A program made the translations under genes and the position numbers. Positions 1-7,929 of a DNA stretch of 64,000 nucleotides are shown here, piece after piece. The first letter of the stretch is position 1. Each line of letters begins with the position of its first letter. Source of the DNA: Spirochaetaceae bacterium (lineage in GTDB: Bacteria; Spirochaetota; Spirochaetia; DSM-2461); the NCBI GenBank assembly GCA_965224705.1, contig OZ245056.1, forward strand, positions 2,208,001 through 2,272,000, given 5' to 3'. A model generated the notes under the pieces. It worked only from the letters and a program-made list of their open reading frames with translations. It was not told where the DNA came from and searched no databases.

Positions 1-81
1 GTTTCCTATGATTCATAACTCCCTTCTTGCGGCTCTCAAAAAAATCAAATAAAATACCCTTTAAGAAAAAGGAACCTTGAA

Positions 82-1902
82 ATGAAAAGACAAATCCTTC
101 TACTTGCGGCCCTCACCATCACAGCCATGATGCTGTCGGCCCAGAACAAAACCGCACTGGTTATTGGCAACGGCGAGTACGAAAACAACTTTGCCGCACT
201 GGCCAACCCGGTGCCCGAGGCCAGGAGAATGGCGGCGGCCCTGGAAGACATCGGTTTCAAGGTAATACGGGCCTACAACGTGCAGAACCAGGAACGGTTT
301 GATGCCCTGTTCGCCATGTTTGAAGAAGAGATAAAGGCCCGTGGCGGCATCGCCCTGTTCCACTACGGCGGCCACGGCGTACAGGTGGACGGCCAGAACT
401 ACCTGCTGCCCACCGAGCGGGACATTCCCGATGAACGGCGGGCGCGAACCCGCGGCATCAACGTGGCCGATGTGGTATCGGCGATGGAATCCGCCCGGGC
501 CGATGCCAACATCGTGATACTGGATGCCTGCCGTGAAAACCCCTTTGGCCGCGGTGCGGCCCGCGGTCTGGCCCGTGTGGATGCGCCTCCCAACAGCATC
601 GTCGTCTATGCGGCGGATGCCGGAGAAACCGCCCAGGACGGCCTGTTCACTCCCACCCTGCTCAAGTACCTGACCCGTCCGGGGATGAGCCTCACCGACA
701 TTCTGATGAACACCCGCCGGGATGTGCGGCAGGCATCGGGCAACCGCCAGCGTCCCGGCGAATACAGCATGCTGGAAACCGACATCTATCTGGCTGGATC
801 CTCAAGTTCCGCGCCTGCCCGCCCCAATGCCCCATCGTTCAGCCTGGAGCAGAGCTACGGCAGCCTGGAGGTATCGGTTCAAACGCCGGGCACCCTGTAC
901 CTGGATGGAAAATCCATGGGCCGGATTCCACCCGGTTCCAGGGCCAGGCTCACCGACATTCCCGCCGGTCGGCATAACCTGGAGATGCGCTACGGGGGCA
1001 AAAGCGAAAGCAAAACCATCACGGTACAGGTAAACCGCTTTCTGGCCGTGGCCTTTAGCTGGGTGGAGCGGCCTGACGGGCTTGAGGGTTATGTGCTGGT
1101 GGAAGGGGGCACGTTTCGGATGGGGAGCCCGTCAAATGAAGTGTCCAGGGATGATGATGAAGAGCCGCAGCACAGCGTAACGGTGGGATCGTTTTATATG
1201 AAGGCTACCGAGGTAACGCATCAGGAATTTCTGGCATTTCTGAACTCAGCGGGAGTATCCCGGACAGGGGAGCTTAACGGCAATGAAATCATTGATATGG
1301 ATGATGAGGATGTCGCCATAGCCTATTCGGGTGGACAGTTTAAGTTTACCGGTTCCTCGTATGCCGCATCGTTGAATACCCCGGTGATAGAGCAAACCTG
1401 GTATGGAGCGGTGGAGTACTGCAATTGGTTAAGCAAGGAGGAAGGACGAACACCGGTGTACCGGATAAACGGCAGCAGTGTAACGGCGAACTGGAGTGCG
1501 GACGGATACCGCTTGCCGACGGAGGCTGAGTGGGAGTATGCGGCACGGGGCGGTAAAAAATCAAGGGGGTATAAGTATTCCGGGAGTAATTCGGCGGGCA
1601 GTGTGGGATGGTACGATGAGAATTCTGGAAGTAAAACCCATCCTGTAGGGCAGAAGCAGGCCAATGAGCTGGGATTGTATGACATGAGTGGGAATGTCAG
1701 GGAATGGTGCTGGGATTGGTATGGGGATTATTCAAGCGGGAGTCAGAGAGATCCCAGAGGGCCGTCTAGCGGGTCGCGCCGCGTGTACCGCGGCGGCAGC
1801 TGGTACTACCCCGGCTGGTCCTTGCGGTCTGCCGATCGCTACGACAATTCGCCTGGCATTAGCTACCGCAACTTCGGCTTCCGCCCCGTTCGGAGGACGT
1901 AA
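82..1902 (+). CDS. DGR target protein: signal peptide + caspase-like (peptidase C14) domain + PEGA domain + FGE-sulfatase/C-type lectin domain carrying the VR
   Basis: Hydrophobic N-terminus; ALVIGNGEY, HYGGHG and ILDACR caspase motifs; PEGA-like LYLDGK..G..P; RLPTEAEWEYAARGG, NELGLYDMSGNVREWCWD and RGGSW...GFR FGE motifs; AAGGA RBS. Confidence 0.92.
   Translation: MKRQILLLAALTITAMMLSAQNKTALVIGNGEYENNFAALANPVPEARRMAAALEDIGFKVIRAYNVQNQERFDALFAMFEEEIKARGGIALFHYGGHGVQVDGQNYLLPTERDIPDERRARTRGINVADVVSAMESARADANIVILDACRENPFGRGAARGLARVDAPPNSIVVYAADAGETAQDGLFTPTLLKYLTRPGMSLTDILMNTRRDVRQASGNRQRPGEYSMLETDIYLAGSSSSAPARPNAPSFSLEQSYGSLEVSVQTPGTLYLDGKSMGRIPPGSRARLTDIPAGRHNLEMRYGGKSESKTITVQVNRFLAVAFSWVERPDGLEGYVLVEGGTFRMGSPSNEVSRDDDEEPQHSVTVGSFYMKATEVTHQEFLAFLNSAGVSRTGELNGNEIIDMDDEDVAIAYSGGQFKFTGSSYAASLNTPVIEQTWYGAVEYCNWLSKEEGRTPVYRINGSSVTANWSADGYRLPTEAEWEYAARGGKKSRGYKYSGSNSAGSVGWYDENSGSKTHPVGQKQANELGLYDMSGNVREWCWDWYGDYSSGSQRDPRGPSSGSRRVYRGGSWYYPGWSLRSADRYDNSPGISYRNFGFRPVRRT
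1768..1885 (+). repeat. DGR variable repeat (VR)
   Basis: Aligns without gaps to 2369-2486 and encodes the C-terminal SGSRRVYRGGSW...NFGFR segment. Confidence 0.93.
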
Positions 1903-1932
1903 ATTTTTGTTTTTTTACCTTTTTACCTTTTG

Positions 1933-2114
1933 GGATAAGCACGGAGTGTTTATCCGCCGCGTCAGCGGCATGGAGGAAGAGGAGCCGAAGGCTCACCTTA
2001 AAAGCCGCCGTTAGGCGGATCAATAAAAACGCACGGGCTTAGGCCCGTGCTCCCTACCTGCTTGTGCCAGGCCGAAGGCCCGGCACAAGCAGGTCCTGTC
2101 CGCCGCAGGCGGAC
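1933..2114. other. Array of seven short hairpins downstream of the VR, mostly with GNA/GNNA loops (candidate DGR target-recognition cruciform region)
   Basis: GGATAAGCAC-GGA-GTGTTTATCC (1933-1955); GCCGC-GTCA-GCGGC; GAGCC-GAA-GGCTC; CCGCC-GTTA-GGCGG; GCACGGGC-TTAG-GCCCGTGC; long GAA-loop stem 2056-2094; GTCCGCC-GCA-GGCGGAC. Confidence 0.75.
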
Positions 2115-2185
2115 CGAAATTTTTTTGGATTTTGGGGTATTTGGTGTGGCCATTATCACGATTAAATGATAATATGCGGTCATGA

Positions 2186-2276
2186 GAGCCAAGAGCCAAG
2201 AGCCAAGAGCCAAGAGCCAAGAGCCAAGAGCCAAGAGCCAAGAGCCAAGAGCCAAGAGCCAAGAGCCAAGAGCCAA
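2186..2276. repeat. Tandem heptamer repeat (GAGCCAA)x13
   Basis: 13 perfect consecutive units counted in the sequence. Confidence 0.97.
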
Positions 2277-2368
2277 GAAAATTATCTATAATCTCTTCAT
2301 CGTGTCAATCCTCTGACACAGATTTTCTGATTTCATATTTTACTAACAAAAAAAGGAAACGGCTTGCA

Positions 2369-2486
2369 AGCGGGTCGAACCGCGTGAACCGCGGCGGCAG
2401 CTGGAACAACAACGGCAGGAACTTGCGGTCTGCCAATCGCAACAACAACTCGCCAGGTAATAGCAACAACAATCTGGGCTTCCGCC
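2369..2486 (+). ncRNA. DGR template repeat (TR)
   Basis: Intergenic copy of the VR with 14 AAC/AAT triplets in the VR frame and 33 adenines; 18 of 23 mismatches to the VR are at TR A positions. Confidence 0.93.
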
Positions 2487-2545
2487 TTGCCTGCGAACCA
2501 AATCCTTCGTCCTGACACAGCCCCGGTAATTCTGACACAGCCTCC

Positions 2546-3243
2546 GAAACCAATATTGAGTCGACTGGAAGAGAGGCGGGCTTTCTCACCGAAGCGGGCA
2601 AACTCTGCTATGAAAAACTGCGGCAGTGGCGGCGGGAAACCGCAGACAAGGAGGGGGTTCCGCCAGGGTAATTGCATCTAATTCTGTCCCAAAAAGAATG
2701 AAAAACACTGATTTTCGGGGTCAATGGAAATTTTTATCTAGTGTCTCAAAGAATGTGGAATCTCCTCAAAGCGGCATTAAACCGCAGAGAGCGCAGAGGT
2801 ACGCAGAGAGATATAGGGCAGCTCTTAAAACCGCTTAGAGCTGCCCGTGGGCGCATGGACGCACCCACATTTTGGGCAAAACGCCCAAAAATGGAGAAAA
2901 AGTCTTACTTTAGTCCGGGTTTTCCGTCTCTATAGCACAAACAGATTGGTCAACATTTATCTTGAACACTCTGCGCTCTCTGCGTCCTCTGCGGTTAAAA
3001 ACCCATGAATAAGGCTTTGAAGAACACTCTGGCTAGTGGATTTTAGATGCGATTGCCCTGGGGGGTCCGCCCTTTGTTGTGGCCCGCAACAGCCAATTGA
3101 TAGAAATCATCACGAATGAACCGGTTAGCATTGAGGCATTGAAGCAGATAAACGGCTTCGGCCAGAAAAAATGCGCCAAATACGGAGCGGCCATAACAGA
3201 CATTATCCGTACCTTCTTTGAAAAAGAAACGCCAACGACATAA
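2546..3243 (+). pseudogene. HRDC-domain DGR accessory gene, 5'-truncated and split by a 397-bp insertion
   Basis: Joining 2546-2663 to 3071-3243 gives in-frame ...LCYEKLRQWRRETADKEGVPPFVVARNSQLIEIITNEPVSIEALKQINGFGQKKCAKYGAAITDII..., a typical HRDC sequence; its stop overlaps the avd ATG; no upstream in-frame ATG. Confidence 0.85.
2664..3060. mobile_element. MITE-like insertion with CAGGG ends (ISAs1-like termini, inferred)
   Basis: Terminal IRs CAGGGTAATTGCATCTAA / TTAGATGCGATTGCCCTG (16/18); flanking 10-bp duplication GGGGTTCCGC / GGGGGTCCGC; internal IR AACCGCAGAG...CTCTGCGGTT (2780-2996); no transposase. Confidence 0.8.
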
Positions 3244-3599
3244 TGACCAAAGACTATCCCCTATTCATAAAATGGCGCGGTCTCGTCTCTTATCTTTTAG
3301 ACCTTAGCGGCAAATATCCAAAAAATGTCCGCTTTAACCTCTGCGATCGCATCACCAACCTATCATTGGATGCCATGGAACTGATTGTTGAGGCAATCTA
3401 CACAAACCAGCGCAGCGTCCCATTGAAGAAACTCAATCTCACCCTGGAGAAAATCCGGGTTCTCATGCAAATCAGCAAGGAAATGAAGCATATTTCCCTG
3501 AAGCAGTACCACTACATTGTATCGGAAATCAACGAATGCGGGAAAATGGTTGGCGGCTGGAATAAGTCACAGCTGCTTGACAGGGAAGGCATGCCGTGA
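3243..3599 (+). CDS. avd: DGR accessory variability determinant Avd (four-helix bundle)
   Basis: 118 aa, basic, YPKNVRFNL and ECGKMVGGW motifs; overlaps the RT start codon. Confidence 0.88.
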   Translation: MTKDYPLFIKWRGLVSYLLDLSGKYPKNVRFNLCDRITNLSLDAMELIVEAIYTNQRSVPLKKLNLTLEKIRVLMQISKEMKHISLKQYHYIVSEINECGKMVGGWNKSQLLDREGMP

Positions 3600-4753
3600 A
3601 GCGTGTCGGCGGTCTGTGGGAACAGTTCTGTTCCTTTGAAAACCTGTACTATGCCTTCAAGAAGGCGTTCCGGTCCACCAAAACCGATGAATCCTTCCGC
3701 TTTGCCTATAACCTGGTTCAAAATCTCTCGGATATTCAGCAGACATTGTCTATGAAAACCTATATGCCGGGAAACTATACCTACTTCACCATCCACGACC
3801 CAAAAGAACGGATAATTTCCGTAGCATCCTTCCGTGATCGGGTGGTTCACCATGGACTAATCAATGTTCTGGAACCCATATATGAATCAGTCTTCATCTC
3901 CGACTCCTAGGAGCCTGTCGGACTTTAAGACTTCGAGGCGATTTTTGATGATTTTTTTCTGATACAAGGCGCCAAAAGCGGAGCGTAGCTGGGCTACGTG
4001 AGCATTTTGGCAACGCGGTAGCGGGAAAAAAGGGCAAAAATCGAGCCGTGAGGCGTAAGTCCGACAGGCTCCTATGCCACCCGGAAAAACAAAGGCACCC
4101 ATGCCGCCGCGAAAAGGGCACAAGGATTCTGTCGGCAGAACAAATACTATCTAAAAATGGATATAAGAAAGTATTTTGACTCCATAAATCATGCCGTCCT
4201 GACAGAAACAATCCACAGAAAAATAAAAGACCCCCTCCTTCTGAATCTCTGTCGGCAAATAATCGGCAAGGGCGGAAACGGAACAACTGGCCTTCCCATC
4301 GGCAACCTGACCAGTCAATTCCTGGCCAATGTCTACCTTGATCCTTTTGATCACTGGGTAAAAGAAACACTCTGCGTAAAACACTACCTTCGCTACATGG
4401 ATGATTTCATCCTCTTCCACAACAACAGGCACCATCTAAAAAAACTCTTCCATGAAATCACCGTTTATTTAACAAAAAAATCCAAATTGAACATAAAACT
4501 CGCCGCCATCAACCAAACGTCTATGGGCCTGCCCTTTTTGGGACTACGGATATTTCCCGCTTTGATTCGCATCCGCAGGGAAAACCTGAACCGAACACGA
4601 AAACGCCTGGCCCAAAGAATGAAAGAATACAAATCCGGCCGCCTTGATGAAATCCGCTATGAGCAAAGCCTACAAAGTTTGTATGGACTTCTTTCCTATT
4701 GGGATAAAACAACAGCCCTGAAAAGCCCGAAACACTGCTACCAGGGAAATTGA
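3596..4753 (+). pseudogene. DGR reverse transcriptase interrupted by a 163-bp MITE (330 aa when reconstructed)
   Basis: N-part has KERIISVASFRDRVVHH; C-part has KMDIRKYFDSINH, GLPIGNLTSQFLANVYL and LRYMDDF; joining 3596-3909 to 4075-4753 restores DSYATRKNKGTHAA in frame. Confidence 0.93.
3910..4072. mobile_element. MITE family A copy inserted in the RT gene
   Basis: Perfect 16-bp TIRs GGAGCCTGTCGGACTT / AAGTCCGACAGGCTCC flanked by a TA duplication; other copies in the window. Confidence 0.92.
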
Positions 4754-5057
4754 ATTGATGACTATCGCATCCTGACCATAAAAACCCGCGAAAAAATCCT
4801 TGACTTCCGATGGTCACAGCATAAGCCGCGGCAGCGGAATGGCGGAAGAGGAGCCGAAGGCCCAGCACGAGCACACCACCCCCACCATCGGCAGACCGAA
4901 TTTTTTTGACCTCCCGGCCAAAGTCCCGGTTTGAGGCAGAAGCCTCCGAGAGAAAACACCCCCCTCCATACTACCAGGCCCTCCGTGCGAAAGCCCCCTA
5001 CACCTGAGCCCCCCACCTCCGTCCCTCCGTGAGAAACTCCCTTCCAGCTAAACAAAA

Positions 5058-5270
5058 AAGGGGGATTCTCAAGGGGGGCACCCCCTTGAGTCGTATTTTT
5101 CTTTGTTAAACTTTCTTTTTGTCGAAAAAAAAGAAAGCTTAGGCCCAGCGGCCCGAGCGTAATTCTTTGTTAAGCTTTCTTTTTGTCGAAAAAAAAGAAA
5201 GTTTAGGCCCCGGATGCATGGCCGAGCAGGAAGCGGAGCTTCCGACCAGGCCCAGCGGCCCGAGCGCCTA
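5058..5270. repeat. Palindromic repeat block (CTCAAGGGGG..CCCCCTTGAG and two CTTTCTTTTTGTCGAAAAAAAAGAAAG units), repeated at 7350-7452
   Basis: Direct comparison of 5058-5160 with 7350-7452; internal tandem unit at ~5099-5146 and ~5163-5209. Confidence 0.75.
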
Positions 5271-5342
5271 ATGAATCAGCGGCAGCCAGCCCCTCCACCC
5301 GGCATTCCCTCACTCACAAAACCATGCTATGCTAAAAACGTC

Positions 5343-7121
5343 ATGAAAAAGTATCTGACTCAGGGCATCACCGATTTTAAGGAATTCATCGACAATAATT
5401 GCTACTTTGTCGATAAAACCCATCTCATAGCGCATCTTATCAATGACCCCAGCAAGGTTCACCTCATCACCCGGCCCCGGCGCTTCGGCAAAACCCTGAA
5501 CCTCAGCATGATCCGCTACTTTTTTGAGGCCCCGCCACCGGGCGGCGACAGCGGCGTTAGCGGCGATGCCCCCTCCGAAGAGCCGCCTAATACTGCGCTG
5601 TTCAACGGCATGTCCGTCGCAGAACATCCACGGCGCCGCGAATACATGGGGCAATATCCGGTGATACACTTGAGTTTCAAGGATGCCAAGGGTTCTTCGC
5701 ATACGGAGTGCATGGGGATCATTAGGAAAATGCTCTCAGTGGAATACCAGCGGCACGAGTATTTGCAAAATTGCGCTGTACTGCGCGAAGCCGATAAAGA
5801 ACTGTTTTCCAGGATATTGGACAGAAACGGCACGGATCAGGACTGCGCCCAATCCATTGAATATCTCTCCTCCTGGCTCAAACGCGCCTACGGCAAACCG
5901 GTCTACATCCTTCTGGACGAGTACGACACCCCGCTGCATGCCGCCTACGCCGACAACTTTTACGATGAAATGATAGCCTTCATCCGCAGCTTCATGGTGC
6001 AGAGCTTCAAGGACAACCCCAATTTGAAGCAGGCGGTGGTCATCGGGATACTCAAAGTGGCCCAGGAGAGCATCTTCAGCGACTTCAACAATCCCAGGGT
6101 GTCCACCCTCATGGATCCGGCAATGAAGGACTGTTTCGGCTTCACGGAACCCGAAGTGGAAGCTATGGCGGACTATTATGGGCTTGGGGACAAGATGGAC
6201 GGCATCCGGGAATGGTACAACGGCTACATCTTCGGCGGGGACATGGTCATCTACAACCCCTGGAGCATCATCAACTACCTGAGCGCCCCGGAGGCCGGAC
6301 TGCGTCCCTACTGGGTGCACACCAGTGCCAACAGGATGGTTAAGGAAACGCTGCAGCTGAACAAAAGGGATAGCCGGGAAACCATGGAGAGGCTGCTTAA
6401 GGGAGAGGAAGTGAGGCGGGAGGTGGTACTCAACATCGTCTACCCGCAAATACGAACCCGTCCGGATGTGGCATGGAGTTTCCTGCTCCACGGCGGTTAT
6501 CTCAAGGCCAGCGAAAGGCAGCAGCACGAGATAAGCCAGGACTACCGACTGGATATTCCCAACCGGGAAGTACGCTATTCCTACATGACCACAATCAAGG
6601 ATTGGCTGGAGGAGGATGTGGAGGCAGGCGAGTCCTTCCATTTCTTCATCCGCGGCATCAGGGAAGGGGATGCCGCCCTGATCGAGAGGGGTCTGGGGAA
6701 GGTTCTCTTAAGCATGGCCAGTTATTACGACACCGCTGATGCTGCTGATGACGATGAGGGAATAGAGCGGGTGGAAGGCTTCTACCACGGACTGGTACTG
6801 GGGATGCTGGCCTACCTAAGCGGCGAGTACACGGTGGAAAGCAACCGGGAATGCGGCATGGGCCGCCCCGACATCGTATTGATTCAACGCGGCCCTGGGC
6901 GGCCGGGCCATGTCCTGCTGTTCGAGTTCAAACGGGAGCCTGCCGCCGGAACCACACCGCTCAAGCAGCTGGCACAGGATGCCTATTCCCAGGCGGAGCG
7001 AAAATACCTGGAGGGGGCGCGGGAAAAGTGGCACCCGGAGGAGATTATCATCTACGGGGTGGGCTTTCGCGGCAAGGCACTGGCTCTGGAGGCAGGCGGG
7101 GGGAACGAAGCTCCCCCATGA
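5343..7121 (+). CDS. AAA-family ATPase with C-terminal PD-(D/E)XK nuclease-like domain
   Basis: GITDF, YFVDKT, ITRPRRFGKTLNLSM (Walker A), ILLDEYDTP (Walker B), YNPWS, EGFYHG and SNRE.G.GRPDI...FEFK; start taken at MKKYL. Confidence 0.88.
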   Translation: MKKYLTQGITDFKEFIDNNCYFVDKTHLIAHLINDPSKVHLITRPRRFGKTLNLSMIRYFFEAPPPGGDSGVSGDAPSEEPPNTALFNGMSVAEHPRRREYMGQYPVIHLSFKDAKGSSHTECMGIIRKMLSVEYQRHEYLQNCAVLREADKELFSRILDRNGTDQDCAQSIEYLSSWLKRAYGKPVYILLDEYDTPLHAAYADNFYDEMIAFIRSFMVQSFKDNPNLKQAVVIGILKVAQESIFSDFNNPRVSTLMDPAMKDCFGFTEPEVEAMADYYGLGDKMDGIREWYNGYIFGGDMVIYNPWSIINYLSAPEAGLRPYWVHTSANRMVKETLQLNKRDSRETMERLLKGEEVRREVVLNIVYPQIRTRPDVAWSFLLHGGYLKASERQQHEISQDYRLDIPNREVRYSYMTTIKDWLEEDVEAGESFHFFIRGIREGDAALIERGLGKVLLSMASYYDTADAADDDEGIERVEGFYHGLVLGMLAYLSGEYTVESNRECGMGRPDIVLIQRGPGRPGHVLLFEFKREPAAGTTPLKQLAQDAYSQAERKYLEGAREKWHPEEIIIYGVGFRGKALALEAGGGNEAPP

Positions 7122-7453
7122 AGTCTGCGTCAACCGCTTCAAAGCGGTCCGTGCCCGCCCCCTGTCCTATGAAGAGGGACCTAACCCATAAATATAACGA
7201 CATCTCCACTAAGCAAATTTTCCCCAAGTTCACCGAAAAGCCCCCGCCAAGCCGTCAGTCCAAATCACCCCGCACCCTTCACCCTTCGTCCTTCGCAACC
7301 AACCCCAAAGCCCCTGAAGAGAGCAAAAAACCCGCTTTTCACGGAGCGCAGGGGGATTCTCAAGGGGGTGTCCCCCTTGAGTCGTATTTTTCTTTGCTAA
7401 ACTTTCTTTTTGTCGAAAAAAAAGAAAGTTTAGGCCCAGCGGCCCGAGCGCCT

Positions 7454-7648
7454 CATGTCCTGCTGTTCGAGTTCAAACGGGAGCCTGCCGCCGGAACCAC
7501 ACCGCTCAAGCAGCTGGCACAGGATGCCTATATCCAGGCGGAGCAGAAATACCTGGAGGGGGCACAAAATAAGTGGAACCCGGAAAAGATTATCATCTAC
7601 GGGGTGGGCTTCCGCGGCAAGGCACTGGCTCTGGAGGCCAGCAGGTAA
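7454..7648 (+). pseudogene. Duplicated C-terminal fragment of the AAA/PD-(D/E)XK gene
   Basis: 7454-7638 matches 6909-7093 with 13 mismatches; no start of its own. Confidence 0.85.
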
Positions 7649-7927
7649 GGGACTGTGTCAGAACTTGTCTTTGATCCGCATACGGCGTTGAAAAAGCCGC
7701 TTAAAATGCTCATGTATTGGCGGCTACGTGAGTATTTTGGCAACGCAGCAGCAGGGGAGGCGAGTCTATAAACTCGCATCCTGAGAGAGTGCCGAGCGAT
7801 AGCGAGGAAAAGCCGCCACGGATGGCGGCGAAAGCGAACGAAGGCGGCCCGGAAGAAGCAAGCAGGAAGGTTGCTTCTGGAGGGAAGGGCAAAAATCGAG
7901 CCGTGAGACGTAAATCCGACAGGCTCC
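7649..7927. mobile_element. Longer composite variant of MITE family A
   Basis: Shares GCTACGTGAGTATTTTGGCAACGC and the right end AAATCGAGCCGTGAGACGTAAATCCGACAGGCTCC; extra internal hairpins. Confidence 0.65.
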
Positions 7928-7929
7928 TG

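Larger units (their letters stand above)
82..4753 (+). mobile_element. Diversity-generating retroelement (target gene/VR - TR - HRDC - avd - RT), currently disrupted by insertions
   Basis: VR/TR pair with adenine-biased mismatches, an Avd-like ORF, a DGR-type RT (IGNLTSQ, YMDD) and an HRDC accessory ORF, all co-oriented. Confidence 0.95.

Noticed and set aside
1998..2276. Minus-strand ORFs with LLALGSW repeats
   Set aside because: Translation artefacts of the GAGCCAA heptamer tract
2186..2276. Possible CRISPR array
   Set aside because: Contiguous 7-mers without spacers; no cas genes in the window
2487..2935. ORFs 2487-2681, 2626-2838 and 2741-2935 as real genes
   Set aside because: They run in the wrong frame relative to the HRDC remnant or lie inside the MITE
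3908..3910. Programmed stop-codon readthrough or frameshift expressing the RT
   Set aside because: The TAG is created by the insertion, and the 165 extra nt contain a further in-frame stop (TAA at 3926-3928)
3596..4753. RT as a group II intron or retron
   Set aside because: Short (330 aa), no maturase or endonuclease extension, has the IGNLTSQ motif and lies next to avd and a TR/VR pair
5736..6641. Long antisense ORFs (also 41212-41976 and 42465-43292)
   Set aside because: Shadows of well-supported genes on the opposite strand
6851..7648. 265-aa ORF as a gene
   Set aside because: Chimeric frame crossing the AAA gene out of frame, a repeat block and the duplicated C-terminus
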